From Somniosus microcephalus (taxonomy: Eukaryota), in assembly GCA_052327205.1 (NCBI GenBank), contig CM126206.1:89776001-89840000 (forward strand): 64,000 nucleotides of DNA. The letters are read 5' to 3'. Every line of letters starts with the position of its first letter. Positions within the stretch are counted from its first letter, which is position 1. This document shows positions 37,994 through 50,501 of the stretch, piece by piece. The position numbers and the translations under genes are program-made. Under the pieces are notes generated by a model. It was given only the letters and a program-made list of their open reading frames with translations, was not told where the DNA came from and searched no databases.

Positions 37994-40900
37994 ATGGCGG
38001 ATACAAACGCAGTCACGGTTAAATTACCGGACTTTTGGGAGAACCTGGCCGAAGCCTGGTTCGTTCAAGCTGAGTCCAGATTCCGGCTGAAACACATTAC
38101 AGTCGACGCCACAAAGTACGACTACCTCGTCTCCTCTCTCACCTATGCCACAGTCCCCAAGGTTTGGGCAGCGCTGCAGAATCCACCACCGGATGGCAAG
38201 TATGAACATCTGAAGGCTGCGCTCCTTAAAAAATTTCAAACGTCCTCTTACCAGCGCCACTGCCAACTCCTTGACCTCCCCGGCCTTGGTGACGCTTCAC
38301 CATCAGACCTGCTTTCCCACATGCTGTCCCTCTCGGACGACAAAAACCCCGGCGCCCTCTTTCGCACGCTTTTCATTCGGCAGCTCCCCGCCAGCATCCG
38401 CCCGCTCATTGTGGAGTCTGGCTCCACGGACCTGAATGACCTAGCCGAAAAGGCCGACCGGCTGCTCTCTGCACAGTCCGCTCGCGACGTCGCGCCCGAC
38501 CTCACAGCAACGACCACGCGGTCTTCCCGGCCCACTAGGCCCGGCCGCCCTACCACTCCGGGTCACTGCTACTACCACACCCGTTTTGGCGCTAGGGCCC
38601 AATGCTGCACGCCACCGTGTACTTTCAAACCCCCCCTGCACCAGCCCCCGCGATGGCCGCGGGGCAAAAGGGGCCTCGACTGTACGTCACCGACGACAGA
38701 ACCAACCGCCGATTTCTGTGCGACACAGGGGCCCAGCACAGCATCACCCCCGCCTCCGCCCTCGAAATCCAACGCGGCACACGGGGTATCACGCTGGCCG
38801 CAGCCAATGGCTCTGACATCCGCACATATGGCACCCGCATGGTCACACTCGACCTCGCGGGCCGCCGCTACCGCTGGGAGTTCCTCACAGCCAAGGTCCT
38901 CTGCCCACTCCTCGGCGCAGACTTCTTACGCGCCCACGGCCTCCTTGTCGACATTCCGAGGCACCGCCTCGTCGACATCAACACTATGGCCCCCATCCCC
39001 GGCGCATTTACCCTGGCCCGTTCGGCCGGCCTGACGACCTACTGCCTCGCCAGAGCCACGGACGACTACTTGGCACTCCTAGCCGAGTTTCCTGCCCTCA
39101 CTAACCCGACCTTTTCGGCAAAAGCCGCCAAACACGGTGTGGAGCACTATATCCCCACCACCGGCCCCCCAGTTTCTGCCCACGCCCGCAGACTCAACCC
39201 GGCCAAGCTGGAAATCGCGCGAACCGAGTTCACCACCATGGAACAACTCGGCATCATCCGCCGCTCCAGCAGCCCTTGGGCCTCGCCCCTCCACATCGCC
39301 CCCAAGCCCGGCGGAGGCTGGCGCCCTTGCGGGGACTACCGCCGCCTTAACGACGCCACCACCCCCAACCGATACCCGGTGCCACACATCCAGGACTTCT
39401 CGGCCCGACTGGCCGGACGAACCGTCTTTTCCAAAGTCGACCTGGTGCGCGGTTACCACCAAGTCCCCGTACACCCCGCGGACATCCCCAAAACGGCCGT
39501 CATCACCCCATTCGGCCTGTTCGAGTTCCTGAGGATGCCCTTCGGCCTCAAGAATGCAGCCCATGCTTTCCAGCGCCTGATGGACTCAGTCCTCAGGGAC
39601 CTAAACTTCCTATTCGTCTATCTAGACGACATTCTCGTGGCCAGCTCCTCCAAACAGGAACACCTCGAACACCTTCGCATCTTGTTTGGGCGCCTAGCCC
39701 AACACGGGCTCATCCTCAGCCCGGCGAAGTGCCAATTCGGCCTAACCGAGATCGATTTTCTCGGTCACCACATCACCCCTGCTGGGGCCGTCCCCCTGCC
39801 CAACAAGGTGCAGGCCGTCCAGCAATTCCCCCGCCCCACAACCATTAAGGGCCTCCAGGAGTTCCTCGGGATGGTGAACTTCTACAACAGGTTCATTCCC
39901 AGAGCAGCAGCCCTCATGAAGCCCCTATACGACTCCCTCCGAGGTAAATCCGGCAAGATGGACGTAGCCTGGACCACTGACACGTCAGCCGCCTTCGACG
40001 CCACCAAAAACGCGCTCGCCGACGCCACCCTGCTCACGCACCCGAGGGCCGATGCCCGGGTCGCGCTCACCACCGACGCCTCCGACCACGCGGTCGGCGC
40101 CGTGTTCGAGCAGTGGGTCAATGGCGCGTGGCAGCCACTTGCCTTCTACAGCCGCCAACTGCGCCCCCCGGAGGTCAAATACTCCACTTTAAACCGCTAG
40201 CTTCTCGCGCTCCACCTGTCGGTCCGCCATTTCAGGTTCCTCCTGGAAGGCCGCCCCTTCATCGCGTACGTGGACCACAAGCCGCTCACCTACGCGATGG
40301 CCAAGCACACCGAACCCTGGTCCGCTAGGCAGCAACGCCAGCTCGCGGCCGTGTCCGAGTTTACTACGGACATCCAGCACGTCTCCGGTAGAGACAACGT
40401 TGTCGCCGACTGCCTTTCCTGTCCCGCCATCGGCGCAAATCACCTCACGGTCGACTACGCGCAACTAGCAGCGGCCCAGCTCACGGACCCAGACCTCCCC
40501 TCGGCGGCTACCAGCCTGCCAGGGCTACGCCTAGTCAAGGTCGCGCACGGGCCCGAAGCCACGGCAGTCACTTGCGACGTCTCACTCGGCCAACCCAGGC
40601 CGGTCGTCCCTGCAACCTGGCGCCGCCGCATCTTCGACGCGCTCCACGGGCTCTCCCACCCTGGTTCCCGCGCATCCGTCAAACTCCTCTCCCAGCGTTT
40701 CATCTGGCGCGGCCTCAGCAGAGATGTTCGGACTTGGGCCACCTCCTGCCTCGCCTGCCAACGGGCTAAGGTACAGCTGCACACAAAAGCACCCCTGGGA
40801 GACTTCGAGGTACCCAGCCGCCGCTTCAACCACGTACACGTCGACATCGTCGATCCCCTGCCGCCATCGCAAGGCCAAACTTATCTCCTCACGATGGTCG

Positions 40901-41751
40901 ACCGCTACACACGCTGGCCTGAGGCAGTGCCGCTGACCTCCACCACCACAGCCGACATCGCCAGGGCGTTCGTTAACACCTGGGTTGCGAGGTTCGGCGT
41001 ACCGGCCGACATAACCTCTGACAGAGGCGCCCAGTTCACCTCCGAACTCTGGACGGCCACAGCACGCAACCTCGGGGTGACGCTCCACTGAACCACGGCG
41101 TACCACCAGCAGGCCAACGGGCTTTGTGAACGCTTCCACAGGTCACGCAAGGCCTCACTCTGCGCCGGCCTGCAGGACAGTACCTGGACTGACCGCCTAC
41201 CGTGGGTGCTACTAGGCTTACGCACCGCGGTCAAGGAAGACCTCCAGTCCTCGGCAGCGGAGTTAGTCTACGGACAACCGCTGCGCGTCCCAGGCGAATT
41301 CCTTCCGGAGGCTACCACGCCTTGGTCGGCCGAACAGCAGCGGCTCAACTCTTTCTCTTCCGCTCAGCAGTTCGTCCCACTTCCGGTCAACCGACACGGC
41401 GAACTCGCACCTCACGTCCCGCCAAATTTACAGCAGGCGCGCTTCGTCTTCGTGCGACACGACGCGCACCGCGGGCCCCTGCGACCCCCGTACGACGGAC
41501 CGTACGAGGTGCTACAAACCGGGGACAAGGTCTTCAAGCTGCGACTCGGCGACAGGGTCGACACAGTCTCCATCGACCGGCTCAAACCAGCACACACACA
41601 ACCAGGGGAACAGGTCCCCGTGGCACGGCCTCCAACTAGAGGCCGTCCCGCCAGCAAGCCAGCACAGCCGGCGGCGAACCGCCCGGCCCCACCAACTAGA
41701 CCGGTGACCACTCAGAGCCGCTGCGGCGGAACCATCAGACCACCGTCATGA
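37994..41751 (+). pseudogene. gag and pol of Gypsy C (pol in the -1 frame, two nonsense codons)
   Basis: Gag VKLPDFW..WFVQAE; PR FLCDTGA; RT YLDD; RH TTDAS; IN HVDIV..SDRG..CER. Stops at 40198-40200 and 41089-41091. Confidence 0.92.
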
Positions 41752-43078
41752 CTCGTCCACCCCTCCTAAGCGGATTCTGGGGGGAGCTCTGTGGCGACAC
41801 GCCACCACTGGACATAATCCGCTCACGGCGGCACGGACAGTTTAAGCAGACGCCCTCAGCCAGGGGCCCTTTCCTCCAGCAACTTGTTTCCCGCAGGGAC
41901 AGGCTGCCGGGAGCACTTCCTGTCTGGGAAGTATTTAAGTGGATGTGCGGGCTTTTCCAGTTCCTCTTTGTCATGAGGTAGAATAAAAGCAGTTGTGTTT
42001 TACTAGCTCTGGTCTCGACTCCCACGTTTGCTGCGGTATCTCAACACTGCATTGTTAGTGACTTGCTGCACCAGGGTGTGGAAAGATGCAGGTTATAGCA
42101 GTGTTCTTTGCTCCTCTCAGATGGGGCTTGTGGGGAGGCAGGGCAGAGGCCTGCTGTGAGGGAGGGAGGCGGTTAGAAAATGAGTCATCGAAAGCAACGC
42201 TTGCAACTTAACCAGGCTGAAGAGGCCTCCAAATCTTTCTCAGAAAAGGAATTGTATGATTTATGAGAGAGAAAAATAATTGTATAAATGGTAGAGATGA
42301 AGAAAATATTGCGCTACTTTTTTAAAAAACTTATTTTTGACTACCTCTCCTGCAAGAAGTTTCTCTTTGCTTTTTCTGGAGTACGGCTTTGATGAACCCC
42401 AGAGTCCCTTTTATAATAGCAAAATACTGCGGATGCTGGAAATCCGAAATAACATCTTTCGATTAGGCACTCTACAGCCCTCTGGACTCAACATAGAGTT
42501 CAACAATTTCAGATCATAACCTCGGCCCCTATCACATATATATATATTTTTTAAATTTTTATCCACACCTTTTGGTTGGCCTTTTTTCTTCCCTCCCACA
42601 TGGCAGCTGTCCTTCATTCTGCCAGCGCAATTATCACTTTGTAGGAATGTCTAGTTCCTATCAAGAGACTGAGGTCGACTCAGGCGATCAAACAAATGAT
42701 GTTTAATGTAAAACTAATTGAGTTTAACAAACAGATGCAAGAAAACTACGAATACAGGTCTAGTCAGTTCAGAGGCTCCACGAGGACTGCTTGGGCGGTC
42801 CCGTGGCTGGCGTCATGACGTCATCACGTTTTTCCCACCGGTGGGGGATCACGTGATGAACGGCATGATGTCATCGCGTTTGCCCACGCTCCCAAAGGGA
42901 CCGCGCTCTGTACATGCAAACAGTATATACAAAGATACAGACTCAGGCTGTAGCTAACATATTGTTAAAGGGAATTATATACATTTGATCGGAGTCCCTT
43001 AGTGGCTCTGCCACATGCGCCCCCCCAGAATTGTCTTTAACAGAAAAAGTGAAACAGCGAGGAGGCCTGACAAGCCTG

Positions 43079-46000
43079 TCAGAGCGACTTCTGTACACTT
43101 GGAGTGGAAGCTGCTGGACGGCTGGCGGGCAGCTGCGCTTGATCTGGTACGGCGACTGTGGGCGGTCGGCCACGTTTTGGCGGCTGTGCGGTCTCGACCG
43201 GGCGGTCAAGGTCCCAGTGTGCCGGTTTCAACCGGTCAACCGAAATGTGGTCCGGTTTACCTCCGATATCCACCGAGAAAGTTTTGTCTCCCGGCTCTAG
43301 CACGCGGAAAGGACCAGTGTAAGGGGCCTTGAGCGGATCCCGATGAGCGTCGTGGCGGATGAACACATATTCATCGTTCTTCAGCTCTGCTGGGACGTGG
43401 GAGCTCTGAAAGCCATGATGCGACGTTGGTACTGGTGCAAAACACCTGGCTGCCTCCTGGTGGCTGATGAGTTGATTGGATGCGGACCATGGCTCTGTTG
43501 GAGTCGGAAGGAAATCCCCTGGCACGCGTAGCGGCTGGCCATAGCCGAGCTCTGCCGAGGACGAGCGAAGATCTTCCTTGGGCGCCGTGCGAAGACCCAA
43601 CAGGACCCATGGTAGCCTGTCCACCCATCCAGTGCCTTGGAGGCTGGCCCTCAGTGCAGCTTTGAGCGACCTGTGAAACCGTTCACACAAGCCGTTCGCC
43701 TGTGGATGGTATGCTGTGGTGCGATGTAGCTTGATGCCGAGCCCCTGAGCCACTGCATTCCAGAGCTCAGAGGAAAATTGCGGTCCACGATCAGAAGAGA
43801 TGTCCGCCGGTACCCCGAAACGGGCAACCCAAGAGGAGATGAATGCCCTGGCTACGTCTGCCGAAGCGGTGGATGACAAGGGAGCTGCCTCCGGCCATCT
43901 AGTGGTGCGGTCTACCATCGTAAGGATATGTATAAACCCATGAGAAGGTGGAAGTGGCCCCACCAGGTCCACATTCACGTGATCGAACCGTCGCTCCAGA
44001 ACAGCGATGGTGGCCAATGGAGCTTTGACGTGACGCTGCACCTTGGCCTTTTGGCAGACCACGCAGGTGTTGGCCCAGTCGCGGACATCATATGCATGCC
44101 TCGCCAAACGAACTTGGACGACATCAGCCTTTGCGAGGCCTTCATGCCAGGGTGTGACAACCCGTGTATGGCGTCAAACACTTTTCGGCGCTAGGCGACC
44201 GGCACGATAGGGTGAGGATCTCCTACGGAGACGTCACAAAGTAGCGTGGTGCCTGCGGCGTGGAACTTGATGTCGGCCGCTTGGAGGCTAGAGGGGCTGG
44301 TTCGGTAAGCTTGCACTTCTGGATCCGAGGCTTGATCCGCAGCCATGAGGGCATAGTCAATGCCGAGCTGGACTGCCTGAACGGTCGCGCGGGAGAGGCA
44401 ATCCGCCACCAGGTTGTCTTTACCGGCCACGTGCTGAATATCAGTAGTGAATTCAGAGATAAACGTTAAGTGACGCTGTTGTCGGGCTGACCACGGTTCG
44501 GCAGTCTTGGCCATGGCGAACGTTAGTGGCTTATGGTCTACAAAAGCAGTGAAAGGACGTCCTTCCAGCAAGAACCGGAAATGGCGGATGGCCAGAAAAA
44601 GAGCCAGCAACTCCCAGTCGAAGGTACTGTACTTCCGCTCGTTTCACCGTAGTTGACGGCTGAAGAATGCCAGCGGTTGCCACGTCCCATTTACCCACTG
44701 TTCCTGCACTGCACCAATGGCGTAGTCGGATGCGTCGGTGGTGAGGGCGATGGTGGCACCTGGCAGCGGGTGCGCCAGCATGGTCGCGTTGGCGAGGGCA
44801 CTTTTTGTGTCAACGAACGCCCGTTCCATGTCGACCATCCAGCTTACCGGGTCCTTGCCAGACTTGCCCTTGAGGGCCTCGTACAGGGGCTGCATGAGCA
44901 GAGCTGCCTTAAGCACGAAGCGGTGGTAATCCCAAGGAACTCCTGCAGGGCCTTGATGGTCTGCGGGCGCGGAAATGATGTCACCGCCTCTACCTTTGCT
45001 TGCAAAGGCACCGCTCCCTCCGATGTAATGCGATGTCCCAGGAAATCAATGTGGGGCAGACCAAACTGACACTTGGCCGGGTTGAGAATCAGGCCATGTT
45101 GGCTGAGGCGACGAAAGAGGGTGCGTAGGTGCGTGATGTGTTCCTCCTTATTTTGACTGGCCACGAGGATGTTGTCTAAATAGACGAAAAGGAACTTGAG
45201 GTCCCGCAGCACGGAGTCCATGAGGCGCTGGAAGGCCTGGGCAGCGTTCTTCAACCCAAAAGGCATCCTCAAAAATTCAAAAAGGCCGAATGGGGTGATG
45301 ACTGCGGTCTTCTGTACGTCTTGCGGGTGTACCGGGACCTGGTGGTAGCCTCGGACCAGATCCACCTTGGAAAACATGGTGTTCCCAGTCAAATGGGCAG
45401 AGAAATCCTGAATGTGGGGGATCGGGTATCGATCAGGAGTGGTAGCGTCGTTAAGTCGCTGATACTCGCCACATGGCTGCCATCCGCCGCCAGGTTTCGG
45501 TACTATGTGGAGAGGCGAAGACCAGGGACTATTGGACCAGCGAATAATCCCCAGGCGTTCCATCGTAGCGAACTCCGCTTTCGCGACCGCCAGCTTGCCG
45601 GGTTCGAGGCGCCGGGCCCGCGCGTGGGCTGGTGGTAGTGATGTGGTGTTCCACACCATGCTTCGTGGCCGTAGAGGAGAACGTAGGTCTGGTCAGGTCC
45701 GGAAATTCACCGAGCAGGCGAGGGAACTCGTCCGGAGTTGGGAAAGCGCAGGAGACGGTGCGCGACATGGTGGTACCACGGTGGCAAGGAATGGAGTGAA
45801 ACGTGGCCACGTTGATCAGCCGCCGGTTCCTCACATCGACCAGGAGGCCGTTGGCGCACAGGAAATCCGCGCTGAGGATGGCTTGTGAAACCCTGGCTGT
45901 AACAAATTCCCAAACAAATCGCTGGCCGCCGAAGCACACCTGGACCCGCCGTTTGCCGAAGGTCTGGATAGCTCCGCCATTAGCCACTTCGAGTGAGAGG

Positions 46001-46798
46001 CCGTGCCTCCCAGCTTGAACATCAATAGCGGACGCGGGTATAATGCTGCACTGTGCGCTGGTGTCGCATAGGAATCGCCGACCAGAGATGGAATCAATGA
46101 TGAACAACAGCTTGCCATCGCAGCCGCAGGGCACCCGTCAGACCCGTTCTTCTTTTGCCGGGGTTGCAGTTTTTTTTGGGGGGGGAGAAGCTGCAGGGAG
46201 GGCGGCTACATCTGGCTTTCGCGCCAAACCGCGCGTGGTAGGAGCACAGCCCCGAAGGTTGAGGAGCTGGGGTGGCGTCTGTGGGGGATGGGTGCCTCGT
46301 GGCAGTGCAGTACTGCTGCATCATCGCGAAAATCTTGTCCGCTTCGGCAGCAAGTGCTGCGCAGTCTGAGACTTCGGACCTGGCCAGGGCAGCTTGTACT
46401 TGCTCCGGTAACTGACTGAGGAAGAGCTCCCTAAAGAGGAAGCATTCCGGTTCGGAGCCAAGGAGCGTGAGCATTTGGCTCATGAGCTCAGACGGCTTGG
46501 AGTCCCCGAGGCCGGGCAAAGCGAGCAGTCGGCGGGCGCGCTCCGACTTCGTGAGCCCGAAGACCTGTAACAACCGCACCTTGATTGTTTCATACTTACG
46601 GTCGTCCGGGGGGTTCTCAAGCAGGCTGACAATCCACGACGCGGTGGAGCTGTCGAGTGCGGAGACCACGTAAAAATATCGGGTCTGATCCGCAACGATG
46701 TTCCGTAATGCAAAGTGGGCTTCGACCTGGATGAACCAGGCGGTCGCTTGTTGCTCCCAGAATTGCGGTAGCTTCAATGCAACGGCGTTCGTTTCCAT
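43079..46798 (-). pseudogene. gag-pol of Gypsy D with multiple frameshifts and stops
   Basis: Gag from METNAVALKLPQFW (46798); PR, RT, RH and IN pieces lie in different frames (45529-46134, 44844-45659, 44644-44916, 44191-44610, 43079-44107). Confidence 0.92.
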
Positions 46799-47014
46799 GG
46801 TTCGTTCCTTCTGCGAAAACCGTTCGCAAAAGTCAGGGTCACCAATGTAGGAATATCTAGTTCCTATCAAGAGACTGAGGTCGACTCAGGCAATTAAACA
46901 AACGATGTTTAATGTAAAACTAATTGAGTTTAACAAACAGATGCAAGAAAACTACGAATACAGGTCTAGTCAGTTCGGAGGCTCCACGAGGACTGCTTGG
47001 GCGGTCCCGTGGCT

Positions 47015-47082
47015 GGCGTCATGACGTCATCACGTTTTTCCCACCGGTGGAGGATCACGTGATGAACGGCATGACGTCATCG
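47015..47082. promoter_or_regulatory. CRE (TGACGTCA x2) and E-box (CACGTG) cluster in LTR D
   Basis: Motif match only; one CRE is mutated in the other LTR copy. Confidence 0.4.
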
Positions 47083-47416
47083 CGTTTGCCCACGCTCCCA
47101 AAGGGACCGCGCTCTGTACATGCAAACAGTATATACAAAGATACAGACTCAGGCTGTAGCTAACATATTGTTAAAGGGAATTATATACATTTGATCGGAG
47201 TCCCTTAGTGGCTCCGCCACAACTTAATCTAGAGCCATCCTTTGTTCCTTAACCTATCCCATTACCACCTCCTCTTGCCTTGAATATCTCTTAATGTCTC
47301 TTAATCTCTCCTGCTTTCTATCCTATCACTGACCTTCCCTTTTGTTCTTTCATCCCCTCCCCCTTTTCTCAGCCCCTAACTTGCTTTAAAATCCATTCCT
47401 TTTCCTGCTTTTTTCT

Positions 47417-47453
47417 AGTTCTGACGAAAGGTTCTCGACCTGAAACGTTAACT
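47417..47453 (+). ncRNA. Minimal type I hammerhead ribozyme motif (Penelope-associated)
   Basis: AGTT-CTGACGA-A-AGGT(tctcg)ACCT-GAAA-CG-TT-AACT: both core boxes, helix I, helix II, and a palindromic helix III (AACGTT). Confidence 0.7.
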
Positions 47454-48220
47454 CTGTTTCTCTCTCCACGGATGCTGCCCTGGCCTACTGAGTTTTTCCA
47501 GCGTTTTCTGTTGTTATCCCAGAGACCCTTTGATGCCTTGCCCATGTGGCCATTATTCAACTTGAGTGTCAGCAGATACTTGACTGCGGAGGCATCATAG
47601 CTGAACCTGATCTTCTCTATACACAGTGTGTGCACATGCAGTTCCAGCAGAGATCACTGGTAGTGCCTTTTTTCTGTCTCACCGGCCCAAGGATTCTGAA
47701 ACCAATTATAGTGCCGACATTGCCAGCCTGGTTCAGGTTACAAGGCAACACAAACTAGGAAGCAAACCTGGGACCTTGTTTGTTCTGTATGATCAGCTAC
47801 TTCCTAGATAAACTTTGCAGATGATACAAAGCTAATGAAAGTGGTAGATTCCAAAGCTAAACAGGATAAGCTTCAGGAGCATTTGAATATGCTTGCTTTA
47901 AGAGGACTGAGTGACTCAGCAGGTTACAATACAGTTTTTTGTTTGTAGAACCATCGATCAAATCTTGCCCAGACTGATGGGATTACCGTCACTGATCGCC
48001 TCCAGTCTAACTGAAATTAGTTTATCCAGCCCAGTTCCTCATCTGTATGAATTATAAACATGGACATCCTCATATTGTTAAAACTTAACCTAAAAGAAAA
48101 GGTATTATAAAAGGGAGGAAAAACAATTCTGCCTTAAAATCCTGTTCCTTATAAAGACAAAATCATATTGCATAGAAATGCTACCTGGGGCTGCTTAATA
48201 GCTTAGTGGGTAAATGCAGT

Positions 48221-48320
48221 ATAACAACAGAAAATGCTGGAAAAACTCAGTAGGCCAGGCAACATCCATGGAGAGAGAAATAGAGTCAACGTTTCAGGTC
48301 GAAACCCCTTGTCAGGACAC
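48221..48320 (-). mobile_element. Short Penelope-derived insert (hammerhead + tail)
   Basis: Perfect 14-bp TSD TGGGTAAATGCAGT (48207-48220, 48321-48334). Confidence 0.78.
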
Positions 48321-48723
48321 TGGGTAAATGCAGTGATGGTGTGCTACTAAGCCATTTGGACCAGAAAGAACCCAAGGATGCTCATTGTTGAGTTAACAAC
48401 AATGACAACCAGAACTCCCCCTTCTGCTTGAGGTGGAAGTGGAAAGAGAACAATTTGCCTAGGGAGGGAAATAAAATTAGCCAAGGCACCTGCTTCCAAA
48501 CTCTATCCATTAACCCCTGTTAGAAAGGCCATGTGTGGGGACATTGAATAAGTACAGGCTTAGGCTCGGCTTGTTTTACCTTGCATATGAAAAGTGAACA
48601 CTTGGGTGAGTTAATGGAGCACTGCCCTTGAGCCTTCAGAAGAGCAGAAATTTGGGGGAGGGGGAATGAGTTGATAGTTTTAATGTAAAAAGCCATTCTA
48701 TTCACAACCCTTTTGCACAGAGC

Positions 48724-48814
48724 AAAAGCAAAATACTGCAGATCACTCAGCATCTGTGGGAGAGAGAAACCGTTAACATTTCAGGTCGATGACCTTTCAT
48801 CAGAACTGAAACTT
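48724..48814 (-). mobile_element. Short Penelope-derived insert (hammerhead + tail)
   Basis: 15-bp imperfect TSD CCTTTTGCAyAkAGC; minus-strand CTGATGA-A-AGGTC..GACCT-GAAA core. Confidence 0.68.
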
Positions 48815-50319
48815 CCTTTTGCATATAGCTTGTGTTATACTTTTAAAACAGTTTTGATTATGTTTTAAACACCCTTCTGATTCGTTAATTGGCACAAGAT
48901 TGCTTCTGTAGTGTATTTGAAAATTGTGATAATCAGACTTGTTTATGTAAAAACACTGCTCTGAAGAAGTGGCAAATGTCTGTAGATAAAGTGAGACCAA
49001 ATGCTACCATTGGAGAAAATGAATCTTGAAACACTGCCAAATAAGTAAGGTGTGCAATGAATTCTTGATACTGCTATAAATATATAGAAGTGAAATTGTG
49101 AAAAAATTAAATTATGAATGAAAATGTTTTGCAAATGTAATTTCTTAACTTTTTAACACTGCCAGGGAATGATAATGTAATCATGTAACTTTTCACCAAA
49201 TATGACCAGTACACTAACACCTGAAAATAAAGATTAAAAATGTGCTGACTTTTTTAAAGTGTATATTACAATAAATGGACAACAGGGGAAAAAATGTCAA
49301 AACCTCTCAAAAAATACATCTGATAACCCTTCGTTACAATCAGATATTGTCAAGACATGGAAAAGCACATCTGATCACCATTGCATATTCCCTGTTTAAA
49401 AAGATGGGATTTTCAATATATTTGCTTTGTTTCCACAAACTTTCAAAAGAATGAAAATAATGAAGGAATGAAACAAAGTAGGGTCTTAACTAAGAACATA
49501 AGAAATAGGAGCAGGAATAGGCCACTTGGCCCCTCGAGCCTGCTCCGCCATTCAATAGGATCGTGGCTGATCTTGGGCTCAAAGCCACTTCCCTGCCCGC
49601 TCCCCATAACCCTTCACTCCTTTATCTTGCTTCTGTGCTTTAAAAGAAAATGGATTCAAAGCTTTTAACAATGTCTAAAAAAAACCCCATCACTGGCTAA
49701 TGTGGTAATGCCAGACTGTTGCTTGCTATTGAGTGTCTCCTGCTGCAAGCTGTAGTTGTGTTAGCTGTGGACAAGATTATAATTGCCGGTGATGCCTCCT
49801 GCAGTCCAATAGCTTATCAATACTTGAGGCTGGATTTTTCTCTCTTATACTCTCTGAATTTTGGATGGGAAATGATGTTGGAACCCATTATTCTGAATCT
49901 CTGCCCATTTTCTATGTCTGCCAGGCTTTCTGGAGTAACATTCCGCTGATGCTGCCCAAAAAGAATATTTAAATGAGGTGGTAATGACGAGATGAGGTCA
50001 CATATTCCATTTGCCATTATACATGGAAATACATAGAAGTTACAACAGGGAAATGGGTCATTCAGGCCAACTAATCCATGTTAGTGTTTACCTTCCATGT
50101 GAGAAAATAGTTCTAATTACATTTACCCACCCTGTTCCCATATCCTTTCATCCCCTTTACTTTTGCCTGTCTACCTCATCTAACCTTGAAGGTCGACATA
50201 GCTTCTGCCTCAACAACTAAACCTGGATTCTACAGCCTCAACTCTCGAAAGGAGTTTCTCTTCCTCTGTTCTAAATCTCTTGCATTTAATCTTGTTTCTA
50301 TGGCCCCTTGTTCAACTAT

Positions 50320-50501
50320 GTTGGGGGTTGGGAACCTGAACGGAGAGACAGAGGAAAGGGAAACAAGGATAAAAGCAAAAGACAGGAAGGAGAAAAACAA
50401 AAGTGGCAGGCAGAGAAATCAAGGGTTTAAATCAAACATGGCCACAGTAAATAATAATTCTAAAAGATCTAAGAGCTTTAAAAAAACAACCTAAAGGCTT
50501 T
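50320..50501 (+). mobile_element. 5' part of a long CR1 copy (continues at 54944)
   Basis: ...CTAAAGGCTTT joins GTGTCTTAATGCAAGG to restore the endonuclease start LKALCLNARSIRNK. Confidence 0.75.

Larger units (their letters stand above)
37699..42046 (+). mobile_element. Ty3/Gypsy LTR retrotransposon C, CsRn1-type
   Basis: 257-bp LTRs (37699-37955, 41790-42046; 5 mismatches), 4-bp TSD CTGC, tRNA-Trp PBS, G-rich PPT, Gag CX2HX9CX3C finger, RT YLDD. Confidence 0.96.
42640..47221 (-). mobile_element. Ty3/Gypsy LTR retrotransposon D, CsRn1-type, a different family from C
   Basis: 376-bp LTRs (42640-43015, 46846-47221; about 8 mismatches), 4-bp TSD ACTT, PBS TGGTGACCCTGAC at 46844-46832, G-rich PPT. 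Confidence 0.96.
42412..47517 (+). mobile_element. Penelope-like element remnant (42412-42639 + 47222-47517) split by Gypsy D
   Basis: GIY-YIG C-terminus IFRLGTLQPSGLNIEFNNFRS*, an inverted tail copy at the 5' end, a pyrimidine-rich 3' region with a hammerhead, and a 14-bp TSD CCCAGAGwCCCTTT (42398-42411, 47518-47531). Confidence 0.8.

Noticed and set aside
45171-45182. YLDN in Gypsy D RT
   Set aside because: GAC AAC is one CpG transition from GAC GAC, relative C has YLDD, and D is heavily decayed, so it is not counted as the A/B clade trait.
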